NCBI GenBank assembly: GCA_965224465.1
Contig: OZ245049.1
Location: forward strand, 4,530,001-4,562,000
Source: Flavobacteriaceae bacterium
GTDB taxonomy: Bacteria > Bacteroidota > Bacteroidia > Flavobacteriales > Flavobacteriaceae
Length of the DNA stretch: 32,000 nt
Direction: 5' to 3'
Both the position numbers and the translations under genes were made by a program. The notes under the pieces are model-generated. The model was given only the letters and a program-made list of their open reading frames with translations, was not told the DNA's origin and did not search any database. This document shows, piece by piece, positions 1-10,636 of the stretch (position 1 is its first letter; each line of letters opens with the position of its first letter).

Positions 1-389
1 CATATAAAATCATCGATTCTACAAGTTTCAACCCTAATTATCCTAAAAAATCAGTAATTGAACAAAGCCCTGAAGCAGGTGATTTTGTAAAAGAAAAAAG
101 AAAAATATATTTGACTTTAAATCCTTCTAATTATAGAAATGTCACCATTTCTAAATTTTATGGGAAAACCAAACGAAATATCTCTCCGATACTTATTGCT
201 CAAGGATTTCGAATCTCTAAGAAATATATATATGTTTCTGACATTGCTAAGGATGTTGTAAGAGGAATAAAATTTAAAGGGAAAGACCTTAAAAAAGGAG
301 ATAAAATACCTAAAAATTCTTTATTGACATTTGTTTTAGGTGATGGAAAAGGAAGTGGACGTTATAACTATACTCAACAAAATAACTAA
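1..389 (+). CDS. PASTA domain-containing protein, C-terminal part (5' end outside window)
   Basis: The frame of the 111..389 ORF stays open back to nt 3 (YKIIDSTSFNPNYPKKSVIEQSPEAGDFVKEKRKIYLTLNP...). Repeated V/IxxQxPxxGxxV...I.L pattern typical of PASTA repeats. Sits directly upstream of rluD and overlaps its start codon. Confidence 0.55.
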   Translation, partial: YKIIDSTSFNPNYPKKSVIEQSPEAGDFVKEKRKIYLTLNPSNYRNVTISKFYGKTKRNISPILIAQGFRISKKYIYVSDIAKDVVRGIKFKGKDLKKGDKIPKNSLLTFVLGDGKGSGRYNYTQQNN

Positions 390-1405
390 TGAATCAATCA
401 GAAGACAAAAACGATTTATACGAGCATTTTAAATATGTAGCCAAAGAGGGGCAAGAGCCTTTACGTGTAGATAAATTCTTAATGAATTTTATTGAAAATG
501 CAACAAGAAATAAAATACAAATAGCCGCCAAAGCAGGAAATGTTTTGGTAAACGATGTTTCCGTTAAATCTAATTATAAGGTGAAAGCGCATGATGTGGT
601 TAGGTTGGTTTTAGAGCATCCGCCACACGAACAATTGTTGGTGGCAGAAGATATTCCTTTGGATATTGTTTATGAAGACGACCAAGTATTGGTTGTCAAT
701 AAAGTAGCAGGAATGGTGGTGCATCCAGGTCATGGTAATTATAGTGGTACATTGGTGAATGCCTTAATACACCATTGCGAAAATGTTCCGATGAATAGTA
801 ATGATCGTCCTGGTTTAGTACATCGTATAGATAAAGATACCAGTGGATTACTCGTAATCGCAAAAACGGAGCTGGCTATGGAGAAGTTGTCGAAACAGTT
901 TTTTGATAAATCTACCAAACGTATCTATCATGCTTTGGTGTGGGGAAATGTAAAAGAAGATTCTGGAACGATAGAAGGAAATATTGGGCGTAGCTTAAAA
1001 AACAGGTTGCAAATGACTGTTTTTCCAGAGGGTGATTTTGGTAGACATGCGGTGACACATTATAAAGTGTTGGATCGTTTTAGTTACGTTACTTTAGTTG
1101 AATGTCAGTTAGAAACAGGACGTACACATCAAATTCGCGCTCATTTTAAGTATATTGGACATACATTGTTTAATGATGAACGTTATGGAGGCGAACGCAT
1201 ATTAAAAGGAACTACGTTTACCAAATACAAACAATTTGTAGACAACTGTTTTAATATCCTTCCAAGACAAGCCTTACACGCAAAAACTTTAGGTTTTGTA
1301 CATCCAACAACTGGAGAGTTTATGGAGTTTAATTCAGAAATCCCCGCAGATATGAAGGAATGTTTGGACAAGTGGATGAATTATACAGAAAATCAAAGGA
1401 CTTAA
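389..1405 (+). CDS. rluD: RluA-family 23S rRNA pseudouridine synthase (RluD-like)
   Basis: 338 aa. N-terminal S4-like region (LRVDKFL...), catalytic motif HRIDKDTSGLLV, and GRTHQIRAH motif. Confidence 0.9.
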   Translation: MNQSEDKNDLYEHFKYVAKEGQEPLRVDKFLMNFIENATRNKIQIAAKAGNVLVNDVSVKSNYKVKAHDVVRLVLEHPPHEQLLVAEDIPLDIVYEDDQVLVVNKVAGMVVHPGHGNYSGTLVNALIHHCENVPMNSNDRPGLVHRIDKDTSGLLVIAKTELAMEKLSKQFFDKSTKRIYHALVWGNVKEDSGTIEGNIGRSLKNRLQMTVFPEGDFGRHAVTHYKVLDRFSYVTLVECQLETGRTHQIRAHFKYIGHTLFNDERYGGERILKGTTFTKYKQFVDNCFNILPRQALHAKTLGFVHPTTGEFMEFNSEIPADMKECLDKWMNYTENQRT

Positions 1406-1407
1406 TA

Positions 1408-1483
1408 ATACCAATTCACTTTCCAAGTGACGGTTTAGAAATGGAATTATTTTATATCGGTCATTTTGGGTTGTAATTGGTGT
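1408..1483 (+). repeat. 76-bp MITE-like element, copy 1 (imperfect terminal inverted repeats ATACCAAWTACA..)
   Basis: ataccaattcactttccaagtgacggtttagaaatggaatt...cattttgggttgtaattggtgt. Near-identical copy at 26211..26286 and an inverted, expanded copy at 2501..2680. Starts 3 nt after the rluD stop. Confidence 0.6.
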
Positions 1484-1510
1484 AATTCCTTTTTGAACTC
1501 AATAAAATTT

Positions 1511-1540
1511 AAAAATCCTCTTTATGGAGGATTTTTTTTG
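1511..1540 (+). terminator. Rho-independent terminator after rluD
   Basis: aatcctc-tttatg-gaggatt stem-loop followed by T8. Confidence 0.7.
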
Positions 1541-1742
1541 TGAAAAGTTTTCGATATCCTTAAAATGTCTATTTTTGAGGGGGTAAAATCTCTGTTTCGG
1601 AACAGAAAATAGCCTTTTGGAAGTATTCCTAGTAGCCTTGGGCTGAGCTTGTTGATTTATAGAAATAATTTATTGAAATATGATGTCAAGATGATGAAAT
1701 GAGTATCTTTAACCAGCAACTAGCAACTAATAACCAACAGCA

Positions 1743-2501
1743 ATGAAAATAGTAATATCTCCGGCAAAATCATTAGATTTTGAAACAGTAGTGCCAATAA
1801 AAAAGCACACAGAAGCAGTTTTTTTAAAAGAAGCAGCAGTATTGAATAGTGAACTTAAAAAATTATCACCTAATAAATTAGGGGAATTAATGCATATTTC
1901 TTCAGCCTTGTCAGACTTAAATTGGAAGCGCAATCAAGATTGGGCAGTGCCTTTTAATCTTGAAAATGCAAGACAAGCCGTTTTTGCTTTTAAAGGGGAT
2001 GTATATATTGGCTTGGATGCGTATTCTTTGTCGGAAAAAAAGATAGAACAGTTACAGGATACGTTGCGTATTTTGTCAGGGCAGTATGGGGTGTTAAAAC
2101 CATTGGATTTGATGCAAGCCTATAGATTAGAAATGGGGACAAAGTTAAAAACAGGAACTAAAGATAATTTATATAAATACTGGGATTCAAAAATTACGGA
2201 TGCTTTGAATTCGGAATTGACTAAAAATGAGATTTTTGTCAATTTAGCAAGCAACGAGTATTTTAAAGCGGTACACTCAAAAAAAATAAATGTCCCCGTA
2301 ATAACACCTGTTTTTAAGGATTATAAAAACGAGAAGTTAAAAGTTATCAGTTTTTATGCAAAAAAGGCGAGAGGTTTAATGGTTCGTTTTATTATAGATA
2401 ATAATATCGAAACAGTGGAAGGTTTAAAAAGATTTGATTGTGAAGGGTATGGTTTTGATGATAAATTATCATCTGAAGTGGAACTTGTGTTTACAAGGTA
2501 A
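1743..2501 (+). CDS. yaaA: peroxide stress protein YaaA (UPF0246 / DUF328 family)
   Basis: 252 aa. N-terminus MKIVISPAKSLDF and overall length and pattern are typical of YaaA. Confidence 0.85.
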   Translation: MKIVISPAKSLDFETVVPIKKHTEAVFLKEAAVLNSELKKLSPNKLGELMHISSALSDLNWKRNQDWAVPFNLENARQAVFAFKGDVYIGLDAYSLSEKKIEQLQDTLRILSGQYGVLKPLDLMQAYRLEMGTKLKTGTKDNLYKYWDSKITDALNSELTKNEIFVNLASNEYFKAVHSKKINVPVITPVFKDYKNEKLKVISFYAKKARGLMVRFIIDNNIETVEGLKRFDCEGYGFDDKLSSEVELVFTR

Positions 2502-2680
2502 TATCAATTACAATCCAAAATGATCGATATAAATAGGTTGTTTTATGTTCTGTCCTTGTTGAAAAACAGAATAATAGCTAAGGCTATTCATTTGTTTTTT
2601 TACCTAGCTATTTGCTCAGTCGGAGAACAAACAAAAAATAATTCCATTTCTAAACCGTTACTTGGAAATGTATTTGGGAT
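2501..2680 (-). repeat. MITE-like element, copy 2 (inverted orientation, halves separated by about 105 bp of extra sequence)
   Basis: 2501..2533 is the reverse complement of the right half of the 1408..1483 element. 2638..2680 is the reverse complement of the left half (aattccatttctaaaccgttacttggaaatgtatttggg). The intervening segment has its own internal palindromes. Confidence 0.5.
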
Positions 2681-2706
2681 AAAATGGTGTTAAAGATATT
2701 GTTACA

Positions 2707-2738
2707 TAAAAAAACCTCGAAAATACGAGGTTTTTTTA
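2707..2738. terminator. Bidirectional hairpin terminator between convergent yaaA and the DUF2853-like gene
   Basis: aaaaaacctcg-aaaata-cgaggtttttt, with A-run and T-run on either side. Confidence 0.7.
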
Positions 2739-2755
2739 TGTAAAATGATAGTTGT

Positions 2756-3094
2756 TTACGAGTAAATGGCTTCTTTTCCGAATTCTTTTACTAATACATA
2801 ATATACGATAGCTCTGTATTTGTTACGGTTAGATTTTCCTAGTATTTCCATTGATTTTGCGATAGCAGCATCTAATTTAGGGCCGTCAGTCAATCCTAAT
2901 TTTTTAATTAAGAAGTTGTTTTTTACGGTAGCTAATTCTTTTTCATCTGATCCAGATACGGTTTCAGCATCCGGTTTGTATATTGAAGGACCTAAGCCTT
3001 TGGTAACGGCTCTAAACAATACAGCGTCAAAACTAATATTTAGTTTTTTCATTGATTCTTCGTATTTTTCTAATTTTTCATCAAATTTACTCAT
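2756..3094 (-). CDS. small conserved protein, DUF2853-like
   Basis: 112-aa ORF. LGPSIY.PDAETVS.SD..EL.TVKNNFLIKKLGL and NRNKYRA pattern recalled from the flavobacterial DUF2853 family. The opposite-strand ORF 2820..3116 is its shadow. Confidence 0.5.
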   Translation of the reverse strand: MSKFDEKLEKYEESMKKLNISFDAVLFRAVTKGLGPSIYKPDAETVSGSDEKELATVKNNFLIKKLGLTDGPKLDAAIAKSMEILGKSNRNKYRAIVYYVLVKEFGKEAIYS

Positions 3095-3172
3095 TGTAAC
3101 AATTTTAGTTTATTAATTATAGTTTTTCAATACTCAAATATAGGGATTTATTGTTACTAACAAAATAATTCC

Positions 3173-4591
3173 CTAGCAATCTGCGATATTTACACTTACT
3201 GCGAGCCCTCCTTTAGATGTTTCTTTGTATTTGGAATTCATGTCTTTTGCTGTGTTCCACATAGATTCTATGACTTTATCCAAAGGTACTTTGGCGTTGT
3301 CGCAATCTAAGGCTAACTCGGCAGCGTTGATTGCTTTAATGGCTCCCATAGCATTTCTTTCGATGCAAGGTATTTGAACCAATCCTCCAATAGGATCACA
3401 AGTAAGCCCTAAGTGATGTTCCATGGCTATTTCTGAAGCAATTAATACTTGTTCAGGAGTGCCTCCAAGCAATTCACAGAGTCCTGCTGCTGCCATGGCG
3501 GATGATACGCCAATCTCTGCCTGACATCCACCCATTGCGGCAGAAATAGTGGCTCCTTTTTTAAAAATACTTCCTATTTCTCCAGCTACCAATAAGAATT
3601 GTTTAATCTCTTTAAAACCTGCATTGTGGTTTTCTATGGCTAAATAATACATGATTACTGAAGGAATAACTCCTGCACTTCCATTTGTTGGGGCGGTAAC
3701 CACACGTCCTAAACTAGCATTTACTTCGTTAACACTTAGTGCAAAGCAGCTTACCCATTTTAAAATTTGTCTGAATTTTACTTCTGTATTTCTAATTTCT
3801 TTCAGCCACTCAGAAGGATTGCTATAATTGCAATTAGTCATTAATTTTTTATGCATAATAAAAGCTCTCCTACTCACATTTAATCCTCCAGGTAAAATTC
3901 CTTCGGTATGACAGCCAATGTACATACACTCCATCATAGTGTCCCAAACTCTTGCTATTTCTTTATCTATTTCTAAATCGGTCTTTAACGAGCGTTCATT
4001 CTCTAGTACAATATGGGATACTTTTCTGTCTTGTGTAGTACAGTAGTGGAGTAATTCCTTTGCTGTTTGGATAGGGAAAGGAAAATTATTGTGTAGTACC
4101 GCATTGGATTTACTATTGGTACGTTCTTCTTTTACTACAAATCCACCCCCTATAGAATAGTAGGTGTGCTTGATGGTTTTTAAATCTTTGGTGATTCCTG
4201 TAAACGTAAGTCCGTTGGAATGGAATTTTAAAAATTCTTTATTAAAAATGATGTCCTTTTTAGGGGCAAACGATATTTCGCGTTCATTATTAAAAGAAAG
4301 ACGGTTTGTTTCTTGTATCTTTTTTGTGATTTTGGAGATGTTATCTACAGGGATGTATTCTGGATCTGCACCTGTCAGCCCCAGTAGGATGGCTAAATCT
4401 GTGGCATGTCCTATTCCTGTAAGTGATAGAGATCCGTATAGGTCTACTTTTATTTTATGGATATTGTCAAAGTCTCCAGAAGCCTTTAGTTCTTTTATCC
4501 AACGCTCGGCAGCTCTCCAAGGGCCTAAGGTATGTGAGCTAGAAGGTCCAATACCTATTTTTAGCATGTCAAAAATTGAAATACATTCCAT
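3173..4591 (-). CDS. sdaA: L-serine ammonia-lyase, iron-sulfur dependent, single-chain form
   Basis: 472 aa. [25 protein letters not shown]-terminus and [11 protein letters not shown] and [16 protein letters not shown] motifs are typical of SdaA. Confidence 0.9.
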   Translation of the reverse strand: MECISIFDMLKIGIGPSSSHTLGPWRAAERWIKELKASGDFDNIHKIKVDLYGSLSLTGIGHATDLAILLGLTGADPEYIPVDNISKITKKIQETNRLSFNNEREISFAPKKDIIFNKEFLKFHSNGLTFTGITKDLKTIKHTYYSIGGGFVVKEERTNSKSNAVLHNNFPFPIQTAKELLHYCTTQDRKVSHIVLENERSLKTDLEIDKEIARVWDTMMECMYIGCHTEGILPGGLNVSRRAFIMHKKLMTNCNYSNPSEWLKEIRNTEVKFRQILKWVSCFALSVNEVNASLGRVVTAPTNGSAGVIPSVIMYYLAIENHNAGFKEIKQFLLVAGEIGSIFKKGATISAAMGGCQAEIGVSSAMAAAGLCELLGGTPEQVLIASEIAMEHHLGLTCDPIGGLVQIPCIERNAMGAIKAINAAELALDCDNAKVPLDKVIESMWNTAKDMNSKYKETSKGGLAVSVNIADC

Positions 4592-4921
4592 AATTTATCA
4601 TTTAATCTTAGGGATTGTTCCCTGTGAAATAGAAACCGAAAACGTTTTCGGTTTTATTGATATTGGAGCAAATATAGGGTATTTATAAAGGGTTTTTAGG
4701 CATATTTTATTAACAAAAAACAAAATATAATTGGCCTTGAGTTTTTAAAGGATTCCTTCTGAAAACATGTCATAATTCACAGTTATTCGGACAGAATCAT
4801 TATGAATTCTCAGTGTTTTTTTTATTTTATGTCAAGATGTCAGTAAAAAATGAATGGCATAATCATTGACAAATTACAAGTGTTGAATAAAAATAAAAAG
4901 ACATAAATTAAATTATATATT

Positions 4922-6817
4922 ATGAGTAAAATAATTGGAATTGACTTAGGTACTACCAACTCTTGTGTTTCTGTAATGGAAGGAAATGAGCCAGTGGTAA
5001 TTCCTAATGCAGAAGGAAAGAGAACGACTCCGTCTATCGTTGCATTTATCGAAGGTGGTGAGCGTAAAGTGGGTGATTCTGCAAAACGTCAGGCAGTTAC
5101 TAATCCGATAAAAACCGTGTATTCTATCAAACGTTTTATGGGTAACAAATACTCGGAATGTACAATGGAAGCAGAACGTGTACCTTATACTGTTGTAAAA
5201 GGAGACAATGACACGCCGCGTGTAGATATTGATGGTCGTATGTATTCGCCACAGGAAATATCTGCAATGATTTTGCAAAAAATGAAAAAAACGGCCGAAG
5301 ATTACTTAGGTCAAGATGTTACAGAAGCAGTTGTGACTGTGCCTGCATATTTTAATGATGCACAACGTCAAGCAACCAAAGAAGCTGCTGAAATTGCAGG
5401 ATTGAAAGTACGTCGTATCATAAACGAACCAACGGCAGCTGCATTGGCTTACGGATTGGATAAAAAAGGAATTGACCAAAAAATAGTTGTATTTGATTTT
5501 GGTGGAGGAACACATGATGTGTCTATCTTAGAATTAGGTGATGGTGTCTTTGAAGTATTGGCTACTGATGGAGATACACATTTAGGTGGAGATGATGTAG
5601 ATCAAAAATTAATCGACTGGTTGGCTGAAGAGTTCAAAGCAGAAGAAGGGATTGATTTACGTAAAGACCCAATGGCGTTACAACGTTTGAAAGAAGCAGC
5701 TGAGAAAGCGAAAATTGAATTGTCTGCAGGAACTAGTACAGAAATTAACTTGCCTTATGTTACCGCTACTGCTAGTGGACCAAAGCATTTGGTACGTAAA
5801 ATGACACGTTCTAAGTTTGAACAATTGATTGATGATTTAGTAAAAAGAACAATCAAGCCTTGTAAAACTGCTTTAGATGCAGCTGGATTATCAACTTCTG
5901 ATATCGATGAAATTATTTTAGTAGGTGGTTCTACACGTATTCCTGCAGTTCAGGAAGCAGTAGAAAAATTCTTCGGAAAAACACCTTCTAAAGGAGTGAA
6001 TCCTGATGAAGTTGTTGCAGTAGGAGCAGCCATTCAAGGTGGAGTTTTAAGTGGAGATGTAAAAGATGTATTGTTATTAGACGTAACACCTCTTTCTTTA
6101 GGGATCGAAACTATGGGGAATGTAATGACTAAGTTAATTGAGTCTAATACAACCATCCCAACTAAAAAATCTCAAGTATTCTCTACAGCAGCGGACAATC
6201 AACCATCGGTTGAAATTCACGTAATTCAAGGTGAGCGTGCGATGGCAGCAGATAATAAAACAATTGGACGTTTTCATTTGTCGGATATTCCACCAGCACA
6301 ACGTGGAACTCCTCAAATCGAAGTAACATTTGATATTGATGCCAATGGTATTATCCATGTATCTGCTACTGATAAAGCAACTAATAAGACGCAAGATATT
6401 CGTATCGAAGCTTCTTCTGGATTGACTGAAGAGGAAATCAAACGTATGAAAGCTGATGCTGAAGCAAATGCAGAAGCTGATAATAAAGCAAAAGAAACTG
6501 CAGAAAAAATTAATGGAGCTGACTCTATGATTTTTCAAACAGAAAAGCAATTGAAAGAGTTTGGTGATAAATTATCTGATGATAAGAAAACACCAATCGA
6601 GGCTGCTTTAGTAGAGTTGAAAAAAGCACATGAAGCGAAAGATATTACGCTAATTGATACTGCAATGGAAGCTATTAATGAAGCATGGAAAAATGCATCT
6701 GAGGAGATGTATAAAGCAGAAGAAGCTGCTAAAGGTGGAGCTGCAGGTGCAGAAGAGCCAAAAGCTGAAACTGACGATGTTCAAGATGTAGATTTTGAAG
6801 AAGTAAAAGAAGAGTAA
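4922..6817 (+). CDS. dnaK: molecular chaperone DnaK (Hsp70)
   Basis: 631 aa. [24 protein letters not shown] and [13 protein letters not shown] signatures, acidic C-terminal tail. Confidence 0.98.
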   Translation: MSKIIGIDLGTTNSCVSVMEGNEPVVIPNAEGKRTTPSIVAFIEGGERKVGDSAKRQAVTNPIKTVYSIKRFMGNKYSECTMEAERVPYTVVKGDNDTPRVDIDGRMYSPQEISAMILQKMKKTAEDYLGQDVTEAVVTVPAYFNDAQRQATKEAAEIAGLKVRRIINEPTAAALAYGLDKKGIDQKIVVFDFGGGTHDVSILELGDGVFEVLATDGDTHLGGDDVDQKLIDWLAEEFKAEEGIDLRKDPMALQRLKEAAEKAKIELSAGTSTEINLPYVTATASGPKHLVRKMTRSKFEQLIDDLVKRTIKPCKTALDAAGLSTSDIDEIILVGGSTRIPAVQEAVEKFFGKTPSKGVNPDEVVAVGAAIQGGVLSGDVKDVLLLDVTPLSLGIETMGNVMTKLIESNTTIPTKKSQVFSTAADNQPSVEIHVIQGERAMAADNKTIGRFHLSDIPPAQRGTPQIEVTFDIDANGIIHVSATDKATNKTQDIRIEASSGLTEEEIKRMKADAEANAEADNKAKETAEKINGADSMIFQTEKQLKEFGDKLSDDKKTPIEAALVELKKAHEAKDITLIDTAMEAINEAWKNASEEMYKAEEAAKGGAAGAEEPKAETDDVQDVDFEEVKEE

Positions 6818-6840
6818 TCTTTTTACTGACTTTTTATATA

Positions 6841-6875
6841 AAAAGCCTTCCTGGTAACAGGAAGGCTTTTTTTTT
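6841..6875. terminator. Bidirectional hairpin terminator between convergent dnaK and the S8 peptidase gene
   Basis: aaaagccttcctg-gtaa-caggaaggctttt followed by a T-run. Confidence 0.75.
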
Positions 6876-6905
6876 GTGCTTTGTAATTAAATAGGACAGC
6901 TTGTT

Positions 6906-8405
6906 TTATTGAACAGCGCGTAAAGCATCGATGTTTCCATATCCGAATTTTGAGTTTTTGTTAGGGTAAAAATCAGCGGACTGTTTTAATTTTTCTAACA
7001 CTTGATTTTTAGTCCATTCAGGATGTCTTTCCCAGACTAAAGCTGCGATTCCTGCGGTTGTAGCAGTAGCACAAGACGATCCTCCTACGTAACTTTCCTG
7101 ATTGTTATAAAAACCGAGTGCTATTGCATGGCTGTTTGTGTTGTTTGTGCGCTCCATAATAATGGTGAAATCTATTTCGGAACCTGTATGACATACATTA
7201 CATTTTTGATAGTTACTTGAGTCTTTTACTCCTGTAACCGCAACTGTTTCGCTCATGGATGCAGGGAATATCACTCCGTACCAAGTGGTGTAAGAGGTAG
7301 AAGTACCTCCAGCTGCAATTATTAATTTACCTTTACTGTGGGCGTATTTAATAGCGTCTTTTATGTTTCCGATACTCCATAAGTATCCTACAGACATTGA
7401 AATTATTTTAACATCTCGACGGTTTGCTAGTTCAATCAAGGCTCTTGTTACTCCTTTTCGTTCGTGGTAGTCGTTTAAAACAACGTCTTCTGTCGCTCTA
7501 TATGCTACTAAGTTCGAATTATACGCAACTCCTACTGGGAGTCCGTCATCGTTTCTTGGTGCTGCTATAAGTGATGCCATAGAAGTACCGTGTCCACATA
7601 AATCATGAGGCCCATCGTAATTACTAGACCACCACCAATAAGAATCAATAAAGACTCCATATTTTTCTATAGTTCTACCATTGGAGTATCCATCGTTAAA
7701 ACCAGAAGGATTTAGAAGTGTTTGTTGTCTAGAAATACCTGTGTCAATAAGTCCTACAGTAATGCCTTTTCCTGTAGCGTAGCGCCATGCCTTTGTGATG
7801 TTGTGCTTGCTTAAATGCCATGATACTTTTGCATTATTAGGAGTTGTGGTTGTGTAGTCAGCTGCGTTTAGGTTTTCTCCTTCTTGAGAGCATCCAGAGG
7901 AACTGAGCTTTGATGATTTAAGTGTTCCGAATTTTGAATATCCGATAGGTTCTATATAACGAACGCCTTCTGTGTTTCTTAATTTTTTGATGGTGCTTAG
8001 TTTTTTTACTTGCACATCTAATACATTGATAATTGTGTAGTCTGTTATTAGTGTTTTTTTGTTGCTTGTTTCTTCGTTTTCGCTTACAATCGCTATTAAA
8101 TTGTTTTTTAGAGTTGTTAATTTGCTGTTAGGATTTGATGAGAAGTGCTCTTCTTTTTCACCATATCCTATAGAAAGAATGTTTTCTCCATGTATTAACG
8201 CACTCCATAATGTGTGGTCGTCTACTTCGCTCCAGTTAAATTTACCGTTTTCTAGAAGTGATTTTTCAATAACTTTATTGATGTGTGTCACGCTCAGAGG
8301 TTCTTGATCAAACGCTGTTGGTTTTTGTTCAAATGTTTCGTCTTTACTGCACGAGAGTGTGTAAAAACAGAGTAATGCACTAAAAATAATGTGTTTAGTT
8401 TTCAT
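6906..8405 (-). CDS. S8 family (subtilisin-like) serine peptidase, predicted lipoprotein
   Basis: 499 aa. Lipobox LSCSK after a hydrophobic N-terminus. Catalytic triad contexts VGLIDTGI (Asp), HGTSMASLIAA (His) and GGSSCATATTAGIAAL (Ser). Confidence 0.85.
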   Translation of the reverse strand: MKTKHIIFSALLCFYTLSCSKDETFEQKPTAFDQEPLSVTHINKVIEKSLLENGKFNWSEVDDHTLWSALIHGENILSIGYGEKEEHFSSNPNSKLTTLKNNLIAIVSENEETSNKKTLITDYTIINVLDVQVKKLSTIKKLRNTEGVRYIEPIGYSKFGTLKSSKLSSSGCSQEGENLNAADYTTTTPNNAKVSWHLSKHNITKAWRYATGKGITVGLIDTGISRQQTLLNPSGFNDGYSNGRTIEKYGVFIDSYWWWSSNYDGPHDLCGHGTSMASLIAAPRNDDGLPVGVAYNSNLVAYRATEDVVLNDYHERKGVTRALIELANRRDVKIISMSVGYLWSIGNIKDAIKYAHSKGKLIIAAGGTSTSYTTWYGVIFPASMSETVAVTGVKDSSNYQKCNVCHTGSEIDFTIIMERTNNTNSHAIALGFYNNQESYVGGSSCATATTAGIAALVWERHPEWTKNQVLEKLKQSADFYPNKNSKFGYGNIDALRAVQ

Positions 8406-8724
8406 AATTTGATTTTTTTGATTTATGTAAATATAACAAAAACTACGTATTATGTTAATTATTTGTAATTTTTGACCATTATTATTGCTAATTACATAGA
8501 GTTTTAAGGTGAATGCCTTAAAGGTGAATAAGTTATTGGTGTCAATTGTTTGGTAGTGTTTTTGACGGAGTTGTAAAAAAAAAACAGTGATTTTGGAAAT
8601 GATTAATAACTGTGATAAACAACAAAAGGAATGAATATATGTTTGGTTCTACGTATTATAAAACACTTTTTGTGTAAAGCGCTACGTATTTGTAGCTTTA
8701 AATTTTTAAGCCCACCAGTGGGTT

Positions 8725-9849
8725 GCTGAATTCAAGTCACAAACGCAACTTTTAGTTAAATAATAATTGTTCCATTACAAATATAGGGTTTTCGTATTTA
8801 TGTCTCTTCCTAGGTCTGTTATTTAATTTTGTTTCTACCTCTTTGATTCTTTGATCTGTTAGGTTTGTAAAGTCACTTCCTTTGGCAAAATATTGTCTAA
8901 TCAAACCATTTAAATTTTCGTTAGATCCTCTTTCCCAAGAGTGATATGGATGCGCAAAAAAGTAATCAATACATAAATTTTCTGCAACCTGCTCATGGCC
9001 TGCAAATTCTTTTCCATTATCAGCTGTTATAGTATGTAGATAAGGCTTCCAGTCTTCTAATATTTCATTGATAGCTTTGGTGACAACAACTGCTTCTTTA
9101 GAGCTTACTTTTTTCATTTTAAGCATTCCAGAAGCTCTATCATTTACGGTAAGTATGGCTTGATTATGGTTTTTACCTATGATTAAATCGACCTCTAAAT
9201 CTCCAAATCGATTTCTTTGTTCAACAACTTCAGGTCGTTGTTCTATACTAATGCGATTCTTTATAACCCCTCTAGAATCCTTTGATGAGCCACGTTTTCT
9301 ATATCTCCTTCCCTGTCTGCGAAGGTGTGTATGTAAATCACCATCATTCCTCTTGTCTTCCCTAATATGCTGATATATACGCTCAATAGACACCGTTTCT
9401 TTACCTTGTTTTTTTAGGATACCAACTACTTGCTCAGGACTATAATCGTCTCGCAATAACAATTCTATTGCTTGTTGAATATCTTCTGTAAAGCGTTTTC
9501 TTTTAGGCTTTTCTTTATGACGTTTAGCATACTTTTTTTGGGCTAATTCATGCTTGTAAACTCCATTTCTTTTGTCTGAATTACGCTTAATCTCTTTGCT
9601 AATAACAGACTTGTCTTTTCCTATAGCAGCTGCTATCTCAACCTGTTTATAACCTTGTTTTAACATGCAGCAAATTGTGTATCTTTGTGCTTGGGTGATG
9701 TGTTTCATACAACTTCTTTTTTCGAGATTTGAGACCGTAAGATACATATCCATCAAGACAAGAAAGGTAGGTTTTCCTACTTTTCTGTTTTGAAAATATA
9801 ACCATCATAGAATCAAATCGAAAAGTTGCGTTTATTAGTTGAATTTAAG
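8725..9849 (-). mobile_element. IS30-family insertion sequence, copy A (1125 bp)
   Basis: Boundaries defined by comparison with copy B (19634..20758), with about 8 mismatches by eye. Imperfect terminal inverted repeats share the core AATTCAA.T.A.AAACGCAACTTTT. Flanked by a 3-bp direct duplication GTT (8722..8724 and 9850..9852). Confidence 0.9.
8752..9708 (-). CDS. IS30 family transposase
   Basis: N-terminal HTH (MKHITQAQRYTICCMLKQGYKQVEIA) and a DDE region (DLEVDLI...ITADNGKEF...SWERGSNENLNGLIRQY). The track ORF extends to 9756, but the MKHITQAQRY start at 9708 matches typical IS30 N-termini. Confidence 0.9.
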   Translation of the reverse strand: MKHITQAQRYTICCMLKQGYKQVEIAAAIGKDKSVISKEIKRNSDKRNGVYKHELAQKKYAKRHKEKPKRKRFTEDIQQAIELLLRDDYSPEQVVGILKKQGKETVSIERIYQHIREDKRNDGDLHTHLRRQGRRYRKRGSSKDSRGVIKNRISIEQRPEVVEQRNRFGDLEVDLIIGKNHNQAILTVNDRASGMLKMKKVSSKEAVVVTKAINEILEDWKPYLHTITADNGKEFAGHEQVAENLCIDYFFAHPYHSWERGSNENLNGLIRQYFAKGSDFTNLTDQRIKEVETKLNNRPRKRHKYENPIFVMEQLLFN

Positions 9850-9989
9850 GTTTAATTCTCCGATACTTACATATAAATGATTAAGGTTTTTTTCTTTTCT
9901 CGTGAACTTGCCCTAAGGTTATTGACTTAGCTCAGTAGTTTTAAATAAATGTGTGAATTGTGCTTTATTGCAAATTAGTGGGGCCAGTT

Positions 9990-10270
9990 TGAAAGTTTTT
10001 GGGAATAAGTAAAAACATACTCAAAGTAGTACTCGTAGTTTTTTTAGACATGCCGTAGAATATTCTAACATAAACCCTTTGACAACAGTAGATACATTAG
10101 GATATTCATTTACTACGCATTGGACTATAAACCTATAATTATGAATCCTCTACAGGATATGCTAAGACATGCCTCTTCAAAAATTACAGAAATATATACA
10201 AAGACCATCGAAATTAACAATAAAAAAATAATTGGAGCATTTGAGAATTTAAAAATAATTGGAGCGAGAA
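9990..10270 (+). pseudogene. decayed tyrosine recombinase / integrase 3' remnant
   Basis: Stop- and frameshift-interrupted translation: ...NINPLTTVDTLGYSFTTHW (compare H.LRHSFATHL), then LQDMLRHASSKITEIYTKT (compare IQ.LLGHSS..TTEIYTHV, which contains the catalytic Tyr context). No intact N-terminal part is present. Confidence 0.45.
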
Positions 10271-10636
10271 GGAGTGTGTTTTTGAGGCGGATTTCCAAAC
10301 GGGTTCCCTGTTTCCAGTTAGGTTTCATACCTAAGGCATTGGGAGCTACTTTGGATATTTCAAAAATAAACTATTTAGTTTTTCGGTAAAATCATTTGGT
10401 GGTTGGATGCTATTTAACAAGTAGTATATTAACCACATATTATTCGAAACTCTAAAAAAGAAATGATTTCATAGTAGTTACAATAGCTTATAAAAAGTAA
10501 AAGACACACCCTAGGAAGCTGTTCTAAAGGGTATCGTGGCGTGTACTGTCTATGTAAATGTACTTATAATTTGGCATTTAACTATATAATGTCTTCTATT
10601 TTATTCAAAAGCCATCACTACCACCAAGATAAAGTA

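Noticed and set aside
4164-4688. Long antisense ORFs inside sdaA, dnaK, the S8 peptidase, vgrG and the transposase genes (for example 4164..4688, 4946..5278, 6134..6550, 8059..8307, 14337..14687, 9179..9373)
   Set aside because: They are shadow ORFs opposite strongly supported genes, with low-complexity or Cys/Phe-rich translations and no motifs.
4700-4921. Heat-shock regulatory element (CIRCE-like) or promoter upstream of dnaK
   Set aside because: No convincing inverted repeat of CIRCE type was found, and no clear Bacteroidota -33/-7 (TTTG / TAnnTTTG) pair could be placed with confidence.
10120-10389. 89-aa ORF 10120..10389 (and its antisense 10125..10328) as a real gene
   Set aside because: Its N-terminal part is the tail of a tyrosine recombinase (LQDMLRHASSKITEIYTKT), and the rest of that gene is broken upstream. 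It is better explained as a pseudogene fragment.
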